Part shown: piece after piece, positions 9,285 to 20,140 of the stretch
Layout: the number at the start of each line of letters is the position of its first letter
Numbering within the stretch: position 1 is the stretch's first letter
Program-made: the position numbers and the translations under genes
Source: Candidatus Moraniibacteriota bacterium
Lineage (GTDB): Bacteria; Patescibacteriota; Minisyncoccia; Moranbacterales; DUUL01
Direction of reading: 5' to 3'
Assembly (NCBI GenBank): GCA_027008775.1
Contig: JALVDV010000001.1
Span: forward strand, 73,934 to 137,933
DNA length: 64,000 nucleotides
The notes under the pieces: generated by a model
Databases searched by the model: none
What the model was told of the DNA's origin: nothing
Seen by the model: only the letters and a program-made list of their open reading frames with translations

Positions 9285-10613
9285 TCAACGGCCAATTCCT
9301 TTATAAACCACTCCCGCCTTTTCAATATCATCCTTGTCCAAAGCGTTAACTCCGTCAACAATAACTTTAACCTTATACTCTTTCAACATTTCACCATCCA
9401 GGTCTTGAAATTCCCGATGATTGGTTACCAAAATAACCGCCTCCGCTTCTCGCAAAAGCTCAGTCAAGGAATTAACATCGGAACGCTTGGGAATATGCGG
9501 ATCAAAAGAAACTATTTCCGCCTTCTTTTTACGTAGCTCCGCCACAATATCATAGTAGGGCGATTCCCGATCGTCATCAACATTCGGTTTGTAGGCAATC
9601 CCCAGCAAACCAACCTTTGTTCCGTTCAAAGGCATTTTTAAATCATTCAATTTTTCTTGCAAAAGACTAACTGTATAAGCCGGCATAGAATTGTTAATCG
9701 CTCGGGATGTTCGTAAAAATTTGTGATCAAAACCGGCTCTCTTCGCGCGCTCAATCAAATAATAAGGATCAACCGGAATACAGTGCCCGCCAATACCGCG
9801 ACTGGGGTAGTGCGCCAAGAAAGCAAAAGGTTTGGTAGCCGCTCCGTCAATTACATCCTTAACATCAATTCCCAAGACATCAAAAGATTTGGCCAATTCA
9901 TTGACAAAAGCAATATTAATATCTCTGAAAGAATTTTCCACCACCTTGCAAGCCTCCGCCTCTCTAATGTGTTTCATCGGCTTAATTGGCGCGTCAATAA
10001 TCGTCTCGTAAAACCGCAACGCTTTCCGTAAACCCTCTTGGGTAAAGGCTCCCACCACTCGCGGAATGTTGGTCACGTTCCACTTGGGATCTCCGGGATT
10101 TATTCTCTCCGGACAATGAGCGATAAAAACATCTTTGCCAACTTCATGTCCCTTCGCCTCAAAAATTGGTTTGACAATTTCTTCACTGACTCCCGGATTA
10201 ACCGTAGATTCCAAAACAACCAAAGCGCCCGGTTTTAAATTCTCGGCCACACTCTCCGAAGCTTGCCGAACCGGACCAATATCCGGATTGTGAAATTCGT
10301 CCACCGGCGTCGGCACACAAATTAAAACAATATCACACTCTTTGATTCTGGCAGTGTCGGTAGTGGCCTCAATGGGGTTTTCTGGCAATTTTTTTTCCAA
10401 ATACTCATCCTCAATAGGGGATTGCCCGGAATTGATAATGTCCGCTTTTTCTTGGGTTCTTTCAAAACCCAGAACCCGAAACCCTTTTTCCCTGGCTCTA
10501 ACAGCCAAAGGCAAGCCGACATAACCCAGGCCGACCACTCCTACCGTTTCTCTTTCAAGTTTTTGACTTCTATCTTTTTCTTTTCTTTTTTCCGTCTTTG
10601 TTTTTTCAGACAT
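9285..10613 (-). CDS. Nucleotide-sugar (UDP-GlcNAc/ManNAc-type) 6-dehydrogenase
   Basis: GLGYVGLP, CVPTP, ESTVNPG, CPERINPG, GIGGHCIPVDP, GIAYKPNVDDDRESP. Confidence 0.95.
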   Translation of the reverse strand: MSEKTKTEKRKEKDRSQKLERETVGVVGLGYVGLPLAVRAREKGFRVLGFERTQEKADIINSGQSPIEDEYLEKKLPENPIEATTDTARIKECDIVLICVPTPVDEFHNPDIGPVRQASESVAENLKPGALVVLESTVNPGVSEEIVKPIFEAKGHEVGKDVFIAHCPERINPGDPKWNVTNIPRVVGAFTQEGLRKALRFYETIIDAPIKPMKHIREAEACKVVENSFRDINIAFVNELAKSFDVLGIDVKDVIDGAATKPFAFLAHYPSRGIGGHCIPVDPYYLIERAKRAGFDHKFLRTSRAINNSMPAYTVSLLQEKLNDLKMPLNGTKVGLLGIAYKPNVDDDRESPYYDIVAELRKKKAEIVSFDPHIPKRSDVNSLTELLREAEAVILVTNHREFQDLDGEMLKEYKVKVIVDGVNALDKDDIEKAGVVYKGIGR

Positions 10614-10864
10614 AAATTTTCCTTACATTTTACTCCTTCAATGGTAACACAACTATTTTTCCCAATCAACCTGAAACAAGATCCGGCAAAAATCCGTCCA
10701 AGGAAAGACTTGTTAAAAAAGAAGAAAAATTATACAATGCCAAAAAACAAACAACGAAAAAATTTCCGGAACTGAACCAAAAAAGATTCCGATAAACACG
10801 CGCATCATAAATGACAAACTGCAAATGTAATTAACAACAAATTTTAAACATTAAAACAAAAACC

Positions 10865-12028
10865 ATGTCCCAAATTTTGCAATTCGTTCAAAATAAATTG
10901 ATATTCCTTATCTTAGTTGTTATTCTCGCCGGCCTCTTCAATGTTCATTTTTTTGGTGGTTGGCATTTCACTCCGCTCATTTGTCTCTTAGCCGCCCTGG
11001 TAATGATTTATCCGTCTCTGGTGCCACTTTCTTTTAGCGGATTAAAAGAGCTAAAAACACACCGTTCGTTACTTTTTCTTTCCGCTCTCTTGAATTTTCT
11101 GGTTGCTCCCCTGATTGCCTATTTCGTCTCCGGATTTCTTTTGGCCGACCAACCCGCCTTACGCCTGGGCTTCATCGTCTTGGCTCTTTTGCCGGGCGGG
11201 GGAATGGTAACCACCTGGGCATTAAAATCCAAAGCCGATATGCCTTTGACCGTCGGGATTATCGTCCTCAATCTTCTTTTAGCCATCGGTCTTACTCCCT
11301 TCGGTATTTCTTATGCCACCAAACTGCTAATCAAAGAACAGGCCCCCCAAATTAAACAAACGACTCCGGCAAAAAAATATCAAACCAGCAAAAAATCCTT
11401 CTCTTTGCCCGAAAAAAATTCCGCTTACCACCAATCACTGGTTAATAATGAAAAACCGGACAACGCCAACGAAGAATGCCTTATTGAAAAAACCACTGCC
11501 GGACAAGCTTCCTGCGGTCTATCCGGTTCAACCATCACTCCCTTTAAAATCGCCATTCCCATTTTATTCATTGTCGTTTTTCCTCTCGGCTTAGCCTGGC
11601 TCACCCAACGCTTGATTATCAAATTCAAAGGTCAAGAATATTTTCAAACAGTCAAAAAAGAATTCGGGCAGTTTAGCAACCTGGGACTTTTGATAGTGCT
11701 TTTTGTTTTAATGAGTTTGCAAAACAATGCCACCATTTTTGAACAAAAATATTTACTCGGTGAAACTTTTCTCACTCTCTTGCTTTTTTACGGCTTAATC
11801 TTCTCAGTGCCTTACTTTATCTACAAAAAATTCTATCCCAACGCCAAGGGGGTGGCTCTTTTCTGGGGCAGTTATTTACGTTACATCACCCTGGCGCTCG
11901 GTTTGGGCATTTCTCTGGTCTTTCAAAACGACCGCCTTTCTCCGCTTATCCTGGTCATTGTTCTTTCCTACTTCATCCAAATTCCTTCTTCCTATTATTT
12001 ATCCAAAATAATAAAGGCTGAAAACTAA
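10865..12028 (+). CDS. Bile acid:sodium symporter / Acr3-like transporter with an inserted hydrophilic loop
   Basis: MIYPSL, LNFLVAPLIA, PGGGMVTTW..KSKAD; about 10 TMs. Confidence 0.75.
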   Translation: MSQILQFVQNKLIFLILVVILAGLFNVHFFGGWHFTPLICLLAALVMIYPSLVPLSFSGLKELKTHRSLLFLSALLNFLVAPLIAYFVSGFLLADQPALRLGFIVLALLPGGGMVTTWALKSKADMPLTVGIIVLNLLLAIGLTPFGISYATKLLIKEQAPQIKQTTPAKKYQTSKKSFSLPEKNSAYHQSLVNNEKPDNANEECLIEKTTAGQASCGLSGSTITPFKIAIPILFIVVFPLGLAWLTQRLIIKFKGQEYFQTVKKEFGQFSNLGLLIVLFVLMSLQNNATIFEQKYLLGETFLTLLLFYGLIFSVPYFIYKKFYPNAKGVALFWGSYLRYITLALGLGISLVFQNDRLSPLILVIVLSYFIQIPSSYYLSKIIKAEN

Positions 12029-12049
12029 ACAAACCCTAACGAACAATCC

Positions 12050-13420
12050 ATGGTCCACCGCAGTAAACAGCGAAAACAAAAAACGGTTGAACTTCTGGCT
12101 CCCGCCGGCAATTTGGATAAATTGAAAACCGCTTTCTTTTACGGCGCCGATGCAGTTTATTTCGGTCTGCCTGACTTTTCTCTGCGCGCTCGCTCCAACC
12201 AGTTTAAACCGGAAGACTTTCTCATCGCCCAAAAAATCTGCCGGAACCTGAATAAAAAATTCTACATTACTATGAACATTTATGCCCATAATGTTCATCT
12301 GCAAAAAGTGGAAAAACAATTGCTCTGGTTGAAAAAAAACAAGATTCATCCCCAGGGATTGATCGTTTCCGACCCCGGCATTATCCGACTTGTCAAAAAA
12401 CATTTACCGAACGTTGACCTGCATCTTTCCACTCAGGCCAATACTACCAATAAAGAAGCGGTCAGGTTTTGGTGGGAACAGGGCATCAAACGCATTATTT
12501 TAGCCCGTGAACTGACCTTGCCGGAAATAAAAGAAATACACCAAGCTGTCCCGCAAATGGAGTTGGAGGTTTTTGTCCACGGCGCTATGTGTATGTCTTA
12601 CAGCGGACGTTGCTTGCTTTCCAAGTGGATGACCAATCGTAGCGCCAACCTGGGTGATTGCGCCCAGCCCTGTCGTTGGCGTTGGCAAGAAACAAAAAAT
12701 GAAAGCGGACGACCCAATCTGGAGAATCTCCAAAAAAAAGAATTTATAGACGACCAACAACGTTTTCAAATGAAAGTGGAAGAGGACCGCCACGGCAGTT
12801 ATATTTTCAACAGCTACGACATTTGCCTGTTAGAACACCTGAAAGAATTAAGTCAAGCCGGCATTACCTCCTTCAAAATAGAAGGGCGCGCCAAAAGCGT
12901 CTACTACTTGGCCATTGTCACTCGCGCTTACCATTTGGTGCTGGAATCTCTGCAAAAACTGAAGGAAAATAAAATCAACTCATCAGAGTTTCAAAAGATT
13001 GTGGCGGAACAAATGAAAGAATTGTCCACAATATCCCACCGCGGTTACTGGACCGGTTTCCTCTTTGGCAACGAACCACCTCACCTCTTTGATCAATCCT
13101 ACTTGCCAACCGACTGGGAATTTGTCGGTATTTCCCGGAAAATATTGGACGCGCAACCTTCAGACTTTCGTCAAATAAATTCCAAAACCAGACAAAGAAC
13201 TCACCCTGTTTTTGTCCACAATAAATTGAGTTTGACCGATCAAATCCAAGCCATCTATCCCAAAAACAACGAAAAAGTGTATCTGGAGAAAATCATTGAC
13301 CCCGAGAAGGGCGTTGTTCAATCGGCTCACGGCGGTTTGGGAAAAATTTTTCCAGTCACTTTTCGGGAACCCATCCCCAAAATATTCCTTCTGCGCAAAC
13401 AAATAAAATCTCAAAAATAA
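12050..13420 (+). CDS. Peptidase U32 family (TrhP/YegQ-like tRNA hydroxylation protein)
   Basis: ELLAPAG, GADAVYFG, HLSTQAN, VHGAMCMSYSGRCLLS, CAQPCR, FKIEGR. Confidence 0.92.
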   Translation: MVHRSKQRKQKTVELLAPAGNLDKLKTAFFYGADAVYFGLPDFSLRARSNQFKPEDFLIAQKICRNLNKKFYITMNIYAHNVHLQKVEKQLLWLKKNKIHPQGLIVSDPGIIRLVKKHLPNVDLHLSTQANTTNKEAVRFWWEQGIKRIILARELTLPEIKEIHQAVPQMELEVFVHGAMCMSYSGRCLLSKWMTNRSANLGDCAQPCRWRWQETKNESGRPNLENLQKKEFIDDQQRFQMKVEEDRHGSYIFNSYDICLLEHLKELSQAGITSFKIEGRAKSVYYLAIVTRAYHLVLESLQKLKENKINSSEFQKIVAEQMKELSTISHRGYWTGFLFGNEPPHLFDQSYLPTDWEFVGISRKILDAQPSDFRQINSKTRQRTHPVFVHNKLSLTDQIQAIYPKNNEKVYLEKIIDPEKGVVQSAHGGLGKIFPVTFREPIPKIFLLRKQIKSQK

Positions 13421-13441
13421 ACAAATAAAAATCAGGCTCAG

Positions 13442-14167
13442 ATGACCTTGCACTCTTTCAAAAAAGAACAAATTATTCTTCAACTAAATTCTCTCTTGTT
13501 GTTTCTTTTTATTATTTTCACTCCCAGTATTATCAAAACCGGCTTTTGGGGGGTTCCGGAACCGGCCGTAGAAGGCATATTTTTGTTTCTGGAACTGATA
13601 ATTCTCAGTAAACTTTTTCAAAAATACAATCAACACAACCTTAAAAACGTCACTAAAGTTAATAAATTATCAGCCAAACTGCGTCAACAAGAAAATTTGT
13701 TGATTGACTCTTTGGAATATCTCGGCAAAATCAACATCCAAATGTCCATTGTTAAAAAAGTCATCAGTCAAGTCAAAATTCCTCGTAACGAAAATCGTCT
13801 GGATTATTTAATCCAAGAAATACTGCAATCAATCAGTCAACTGAGCAAAAGCAAAAAGGTCACTCTCAAGTTGATTGATTTGAAAAACGAACATACTCTC
13901 AAAAAAATATCCCTGGGCAAGAATCAAACTTGCAAATTGGCAAACAAAATTTCCAATAAAAAACTCTTGCGTCAGGATTTTTCCAACAAGAAAACGGAAA
14001 TCCTTACTTCTTCTTACGACAACTTTTCCATCAAAAGTTTCTTGTTTTTGGAAAAAGACAAAAACCGACAATTAAACTCCGACCAAAAAACCCTGATTAA
14101 AGGCTTAGTCAATCAATGTGAAATCCTTTTCCTTCTGTTTAACTCCAAATATTACAGACATCGCTAA
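13442..14167 (+). CDS. Hypothetical membrane protein (2 TMs plus coiled coil)
   Basis: Long ORF in operon context. Confidence 0.7.
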   Translation: MTLHSFKKEQIILQLNSLLLFLFIIFTPSIIKTGFWGVPEPAVEGIFLFLELIILSKLFQKYNQHNLKNVTKVNKLSAKLRQQENLLIDSLEYLGKINIQMSIVKKVISQVKIPRNENRLDYLIQEILQSISQLSKSKKVTLKLIDLKNEHTLKKISLGKNQTCKLANKISNKKLLRQDFSNKKTEILTSSYDNFSIKSFLFLEKDKNRQLNSDQKTLIKGLVNQCEILFLLFNSKYYRHR

Positions 14168-14292
14168 ATTTTAAAAACGCCAAATCCACTCCTCTGGAAT
14201 ATAATCAAAATTTGACGTATAATGAAGAAGTCTTAAAACCAAAAAAATTTCAAGTAAAAATTTTACTTAAAACGGTTACTTACTCCAAAACA

Positions 14293-15159
14293 ATGAAAAT
14301 CAAAAAAGCCATTATTCCCGTAGCCGGTTTTGGCACCAGATTCCTGCCGGCCACCAAAGCTCAACCCAAAGAAATGTTGCCGGTGGTGGACAAGCCGGTT
14401 ATCCAATACTTAGTGGAGGAAGCGGTCGCTTCCGGAATTGAGGAAATTATTTTCGTCACCGGCCGGGGCAAACGCGCCATTGAAGATCACTTTGACACTT
14501 CTTACGAACTGGAGCAAACACTGGTGGAAAAAGAGAAAAGAGATTTACTGGAAGCGGTTAAGAACATTCCCAAACTGGCCAGATTTTCTTATGTTCGCCA
14601 AGCCAAACCTCTGGGAGACGGTCACGCCATTATGTGTGCCCAGCATCTCGTCTTCCCCGGCGAAACGGTCGCCATTCTCTTCGGCGATGATTTGGTTGAC
14701 AACAAGGTTCCCGCTTTGCAACAACTGATAGATGTTTATCAAAAAGAAAAAGCGCCGGTCATCGCTCTGGCCAGGGTTCCTCACGAAGAAGTTTCCAAAT
14801 TTGGAGTTATTAAAGCCGAAAAAAGCGACGGGCGTTTACACCAAATAAGCCAATTTGTGGAAAAACCGCCCGTGGAAGAAGCGCCCTCGGACCTGATTGT
14901 TATCGGAAAATACATTATTACTCCGACGGTTTTTGAATATTTGGAAGCCTCCCGCAACGACCAAGGAGAAATCCGTCTGGCTAACGCTTTTATTAAAATG
15001 ACCAAAAACCAGGAAAAAATTTACGGCTATGAAGTTGAAGGGAAACGCTATGACTGTGGCGACAAATTCGGTTTTATTCAAGCTACCATTGAAATGGGTT
15101 TAAAGCATCCAAACACCAAAGAAAAATTGCGAAATTTTCTTAAAAATCTGGAAATTTAA
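14293..15159 (+). CDS. galU: UTP--glucose-1-phosphate uridylyltransferase
   Basis: KAIIPVAGFGTRFLPATKAQPKEMLPVVDKP, FVEKP, RYDCGDK; ATG at 14293. Confidence 0.96.
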   Translation: MKIKKAIIPVAGFGTRFLPATKAQPKEMLPVVDKPVIQYLVEEAVASGIEEIIFVTGRGKRAIEDHFDTSYELEQTLVEKEKRDLLEAVKNIPKLARFSYVRQAKPLGDGHAIMCAQHLVFPGETVAILFGDDLVDNKVPALQQLIDVYQKEKAPVIALARVPHEEVSKFGVIKAEKSDGRLHQISQFVEKPPVEEAPSDLIVIGKYIITPTVFEYLEASRNDQGEIRLANAFIKMTKNQEKIYGYEVEGKRYDCGDKFGFIQATIEMGLKHPNTKEKLRNFLKNLEI

Positions 15160-15177
15160 AAAAATAATTTTAAAGCT

Positions 15178-15294
15178 ATGCTCAAAAGAACAAAAAGGAA
15201 GGTAAGAATTGTTTGGATTATCATTTCGCTTTTGGGAATAATCGGTATGTTGGCCTTCACTCTAATCCCGCTTCTGCAAAGCCTGCGTTATTAA
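15178..15294 (+). CDS. 38-aa single-TM small protein
   Basis: Hand translation MLKRTKRKVRIVWIIISLLGIIGMLAFTLIPLLQSLRY fills the galU-ftsB gap; below the ORF-track length cutoff. Confidence 0.6.
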   Translation: MLKRTKRKVRIVWIIISLLGIIGMLAFTLIPLLQSLRY

Positions 15295-15319
15295 AAGAAC
15301 ACCATTACTTAAAACAACT

Positions 15320-15730
15320 ATGCCCACCCGAAAAAAGAGCAAAAATGGTTTGCTGTTTATTCTGCAGTTTGTTTTCGTGATTATCTTGCTAATCATGATA
15401 TTTGCCATGCTGAAAAAAATTTATTACAGTGTTCAAAAAGAAAAAAAGATTAAGCAAGAAATAGAAACACTACAGAGAGAAAATGAAAAATACAATCGGG
15501 AGAATGATAATCTGAACAAGTTGATAAAGTATCTCCACAGTGAAACTTTTAAAGAAAAAGCTATCAAGGAAAAATTAAATATGGTCAAACAGGGTGAACA
15601 AGTGGTGGTGATTCAAGGCGCCGATAAAACAAACCTAAATCCAACAAACACAGAAAAGGAGAAAGCTCAGGTTGAGATTGAATTTCCCAACTACTACCTT
15701 TGGTGGCAATATTTTTTCGGCAAGCGCTGA
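15320..15730 (+). CDS. Septum formation initiator (FtsB/DivIC family)
   Basis: TM plus coiled coil plus EKAIKEKLNMVKQGEQVVVI. Confidence 0.85.
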   Translation: MPTRKKSKNGLLFILQFVFVIILLIMIFAMLKKIYYSVQKEKKIKQEIETLQRENEKYNRENDNLNKLIKYLHSETFKEKAIKEKLNMVKQGEQVVVIQGADKTNLNPTNTEKEKAQVEIEFPNYYLWWQYFFGKR

Positions 15731-15893
15731 CGCTGATAAACAACAATTGACGCCGGGCGCGCAATCGGCAACAATCAATAAATGTAAAGAATAAATCGGG
15801 GCGCTAAAATTTAAGTTATAAATTCCGAGACAAACAAACCGCAAACCGCAAAACAAACCGCAAACAAATCCAATTAAAAATTTAAGAAAGCAA

Positions 15894-17132
15894 ATGAAAT
15901 CCTTAAAACAACAAGACCAAGAAGTTTACCAAGCCGTCAAAGGAGAAGAAAAACGACAAAAAGAGGGAATGGAACTGATTGCTTCTGAAAATTATGTTTC
16001 CCGAGCCGTTTTGGAAGCTCTCGGTTCCGTTTTCACCAATAAATATTCCGAGGGTTATCCCGGCAAAAGATACTACGGCGGTCAAGATTTTACCGATCAA
16101 GTGGAAAGCTTGGCCATTGAGCGAGCCAAGAAACTTTTTCGCGCCCAACACGTCAATGTTCAACCCCATTCCGGAGCGCCGGCCAATATGATAGTTTACA
16201 GCGCCGTTCTCCAACCGGGTGATAAAGTTTTGGGAATGGACCTCTCTCACGGCGGACACCTCACCCACGGTCACCCCGTTACTCTTTCCGCCCAAATTTA
16301 CAATTTCACGGGCTACAAAACCAATTCTCGCGGAGAAATAGATTACGACGCTTTGGAAAAAATGGCCCGGCGCGAAAAGCCAAAATTGATGCTGGCCGGA
16401 TTCTCCGCTTACAGTCGCAAAATCAACTATCGTCGCTTTACCCAAATTGCCAAAAAAGTCGGCGCCATTTCTATGATGGACATGGCTCACATTGCCGGCC
16501 TGATTGCCGGCAAAGTCTTAACCAATCCCGTCCCTTATTTTGACATTGTCACCACCACCACCCACAAAACACTACGCGGTCCCCGCGGGGGAATGATTCT
16601 TTGCAAGAAAAAATTCGCCAAAGTTATTGACCAAGCCTCATTTCCCGGTTTTCAAGGCGGTCCTCATATGAACAACATCGCCGCCAAAGCGGTGGCTTTC
16701 GGCGAGGCTCTACAACCGTCTTTTCAAAAATACGCTCGCCAAGTTCTAAAAAACGCCAAAGTTTTGGAGCAAGAACTGAAAAAATACGGTTTTAAAATCG
16801 TTTTCGGCAAAACGGAAAATCATTTGATTTTGTTAGACGTTTTTAATAGCAAGGGAATTTCCGGCAAGCAGTTGGAAGAAGCTCTGGATAAAATCAATAT
16901 TACCGTCAACAAAAACGTTATCCCTGACGATCCTCGTTCTCCTTTGGATCCCAGCGGAATTCGTTTGGGAGTACCGGCTGTCACCACCCGCGGTATGAAA
17001 GAAAAAGAAATGAAACAAATCGCCGCCTGGATTCAACAGGCAACTGAAAACATCAATTCCGACCAAGCGTTGAAAAAGATTCGGCAAGAAGTTGTCAGAT
17101 TTTGCAAAAAATTTCCTTTACACAAAGAATAA
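15894..17132 (+). CDS. glyA: Serine hydroxymethyltransferase
   Basis: ELIASEN, NKYSEGYPGKRYYGG, GGHLTHG, TTTTHKTLRGPRGG. Confidence 0.99.
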   Translation: MKSLKQQDQEVYQAVKGEEKRQKEGMELIASENYVSRAVLEALGSVFTNKYSEGYPGKRYYGGQDFTDQVESLAIERAKKLFRAQHVNVQPHSGAPANMIVYSAVLQPGDKVLGMDLSHGGHLTHGHPVTLSAQIYNFTGYKTNSRGEIDYDALEKMARREKPKLMLAGFSAYSRKINYRRFTQIAKKVGAISMMDMAHIAGLIAGKVLTNPVPYFDIVTTTTHKTLRGPRGGMILCKKKFAKVIDQASFPGFQGGPHMNNIAAKAVAFGEALQPSFQKYARQVLKNAKVLEQELKKYGFKIVFGKTENHLILLDVFNSKGISGKQLEEALDKINITVNKNVIPDDPRSPLDPSGIRLGVPAVTTRGMKEKEMKQIAAWIQQATENINSDQALKKIRQEVVRFCKKFPLHKE

Positions 17133-17186
17133 GCAAACATAATCAACACCGCAGAGCAAATCTTTAACCGATTAGATTCAAAAATT

Positions 17187-18041
17187 ATGCAAATCATTGA
17201 CGGACAACAACTGGCCACGGAAATAAATCAACGCACCGCCCGAGAAATATTCAACCAATCCCCGGAACAACGACCGGGCTTGGCCATTATTTTGGCCGGC
17301 CAACGACCGGATTCCGAACTATATGTCAAATTAAAAGAACAAAAAGCCAAAGAAGTTGGCATTGATACCCATCTTTACAAAATCAAAAACAAAGAAACAA
17401 CTGACGATATTTTGGAACTTATCAAATTCCTTAATCAAGATCCGGAAATAAACGGCATTCTTATCCAACTGCCTCTGCCGGACAAATACGATACCGACAA
17501 AATTATTTCCGCCATCGCCCCCCAAAAAGATGTTGATTGTTTTCATCCGACCAACGTTCAAAAACTGCGAACTTACCAACCGGAAAAAGAAATGATTTTA
17601 CCACCGGTTTATGGTGCCGTTCTTTTAATTTTGGAAAAAATTTATTTCATCCCTACGGGACAACAAGCTCTAGTCTTAGCCAATTCAGACCTTTTCGGAC
17701 AAGGTTTGAAAGATATTTTGGAAACAAAAGAAATCAAAGTCAGCGTAGCCAAACCTTCAGACAAAGATTTGAAAAATAAAATTAAACAAGCTGATTTGCT
17801 AATCACCGCTTTGGGAAAAAAGCATTTTATCAAAGGAGATATGATTAAACCCAATGCCGTCGTTATTGACATTGGCATTGTCCGGGAAGGAGGCAAAGTT
17901 TACGGCGATGTTGATTTTGCCGAAGCTAAAGAAATGAGTTCGGCTATCACTCCGGTACCGGGAGGAATTGGGCCCCTAACCATTGCCAAAGTACTGGAAA
18001 ACACCTGGCGTCTCACCAAACAGCAACGGGGGCTGAAATAA
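17187..18041 (+). CDS. folD: Methylene-THF dehydrogenase/cyclohydrolase
   Basis: GILIQLPLP, KDVD, VIDIG, GDVDF, ITPVPGGIGP. Confidence 0.96.
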   Translation: MQIIDGQQLATEINQRTAREIFNQSPEQRPGLAIILAGQRPDSELYVKLKEQKAKEVGIDTHLYKIKNKETTDDILELIKFLNQDPEINGILIQLPLPDKYDTDKIISAIAPQKDVDCFHPTNVQKLRTYQPEKEMILPPVYGAVLLILEKIYFIPTGQQALVLANSDLFGQGLKDILETKEIKVSVAKPSDKDLKNKIKQADLLITALGKKHFIKGDMIKPNAVVIDIGIVREGGKVYGDVDFAEAKEMSSAITPVPGGIGPLTIAKVLENTWRLTKQQRGLK

Positions 18042-18128
18042 GATTGCCTTTCTTGCCTAAAAATGTTAAACTTCCGAAGCGTAGCAACAAAACAACAAAA
18101 TATCAATAAGTTTTAATCAGCAAAAATT

Positions 18129-18578
18129 ATGTTCAAATTTTTCCGAAAAAAGAAAAAGCAAATGTCAGCCAACGACAGCCAAGTAACCGATAACAGCGCC
18201 GTCAAAAATAACGACAATAATTCCACCGAAAATTCCAATCAAGAATCCAACAAACAACAATCTGTTAAAAAGGAGCAGGGCAGTCAAGCGGATATGATGC
18301 AAGCTGTTATGAGTGGGGCTCTCGGCGGCGCCGATATCAACACTCTCCTGGACAATATAGACACCTCCCAACTGTCTCTCAAAGAAAAAATGGGACTAAA
18401 AATGCTGAAAAAACTCCCCCGTCATAAACAAGAAGAAATCATCCGCCAAGCCCTCAACCCGCAAGAATTATACAAACACAAAGACAAAGTTTTGCAACAA
18501 ATTGATGAAATGGTTAAAGCCGGACAAATAGACAAATCGCAAGCCGAAGCCATCAAATCACAAATGGGATTAAGATAA
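18129..18578 (+). CDS. Hypothetical protein
   Basis: ORF with a low-complexity N-terminus and helical C-terminus, followed by a terminator. Confidence 0.7.
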   Translation: MFKFFRKKKKQMSANDSQVTDNSAVKNNDNNSTENSNQESNKQQSVKKEQGSQADMMQAVMSGALGGADINTLLDNIDTSQLSLKEKMGLKMLKKLPRHKQEEIIRQALNPQELYKHKDKVLQQIDEMVKAGQIDKSQAEAIKSQMGLR

Positions 18579-18628
18579 TTTTTTCCTTTAATCTCAAAAT
18601 TTAATCCCAAAACAAAACTGAACAACCT

Positions 18629-18664
18629 CAGGCGCCGGGAGAAAAACCTCCGGCGCCTGTTTTA
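18629..18664 (+). terminator. Intrinsic terminator
   Basis: CAGGCGCCGG..CCGGCGCCTG followed by TTTT. Confidence 0.85.
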
Positions 18665-18912
18665 TTTTTAATACTTGGTTTTTAATATCTGTAGAGATCT
18701 TAGCCTCCCCAAAGGTTTTTTACTAAATTTTTTTACTAAATTTCCCGAAAACGGGGCATTAAATTCTTGAACTGGTATTTTTACCAGCTTTTCAGCTAAA
18801 AATAAGTGTTTTTAAAAGAGAATATTACGACCCCACTGTCAAAACAAAAAGGTATTTTCTGGAGAAAAAAGCAACTACTACTCCATTTAACCCCAAAAGT
18901 AGCCACACCCCC

Positions 18913-19054
18913 TTGACAAAAAACAAAAAAAGCTAGAATGACGCGTCAAGGTGGAGGTTGAAACTGAAGCAAAAAAGAATAAATAAATTCCATAAACCAT
19001 TTCAGACCACCAACCCCTTGACAAAAAATCAATAGTATGCTATAATACCGCGTC
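18913..19054 (+). promoter_or_regulatory. Tandem sigma70 promoters (second is consensus)
   Basis: TTGACA(19018)-17 bp-TATAAT(19041) with an extended TG and a GC-rich discriminator ACCGCGTC; degenerate duplicate TTGACA(18913)-15 bp-TAGAAT-GACGCGTC. Confidence 0.85.
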
Positions 19055-20140
19055 AGGCTGAGAAAAGGTGAACAGACAGTTAAACAATTTAAAACAGAGA
19101 GAGCAAGAAAAGAAGCTGAGTGGGCAAAGTAAAAAAGAGCAAAATAGCAGAACCTTAGACAACTAAATAGAAGCGATGCTGGAGAGAGACGTCGCTGGTA
19201 AACACCAACAAGCAGACTATTTTCCGTTTGTTAAACTATTAAATCAAAAGCCGAAAAAGGAATAAAGTCTTCACTTGTTTGGTCGCAAATCCTGAAATCA
19301 AAGGTAACAAATTTTACAGTTTTTCTCCGGCCACCAGTCAAAAGACTGTAAAATTTGTTACCTTTTTTGTTTGTCCAGCAACCGCTTGCCAAAAAAAATT
19401 GCGGGAGAAAATAGCGGAGGAGAGAGATAAAGTTTGGGACAGAAGTAATTTTAATAATTGGTCCCAAAACTCATCTTCGCTATTTTCTTCCGACAAGGAG
19501 GAAAATAGTTTTTTGATATTGTAAAAATATCACAAAATAAAATTGTCGTTTTGAATAACTTAGAGCCAAATTTTGGAGAGAGATGTTATTCAAGACCGAC
19601 AATTATCTTAGATGGAATAAAACTTCTCCGACAAACAACGCTTTGCCGAGAAGACATTGCCCTAACGGTAATGTTGTCAACCGAATATTTTTTAGACCCG
19701 AAGCGGAGTAAAAAATATTCCTACGACACTTCCATCACCCGTTCTCGCAAGGAGATCGGCCGAGCGTGAGGACTAACCACCCTGGCGCTCGGGAATTTCC
19801 TTGCGAAAGGAAAAAGTTGTTCTTTGAAATACCGCTAACGCGGTCGCAGAAAGTCGCAGACTAAACGCAGACTAACGCGGAAGAATTATGTAATAGTTCT
19901 TTGAAAAAATCCCATTTTCTTTGTCTCCATTTCATCTCCTTAATGGCCAACCTCCCCAACCCAACCTTTTTCGAGTGGTTTTTGGGACAGCAATTTCAAA
20001 AAAATTGCCACCCCAAAAACCGCTCGGAAGAGTGGGAAAAATAGGGAAAAGGGATTGTGAACATGCTCCACAATTCCTGATTCAGCAGGATGGTCCTGTT
20101 GGACAAAAAAATTACCGCGCTACCGACGGTCAAAATATCG
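19053..20140 (+). ncRNA. Candidate large structured RNA or leader (~1.1 kb)
   Basis: More than 10 stems, including a perfect 21-bp pair 19300-19320/19345-19365, GNRA-type loops (GCGA, GCAA), G-U pairs favouring the + strand, and boxA-like GTTCTTTGAAA twice; no credible ORF. Confidence 0.55.

Noticed and set aside
15730-15893. ZTP or THF riboswitch upstream of glyA-folD
   Set aside because: Conserved motifs are not found; only short AAACCGC repeats and a weak hairpin.
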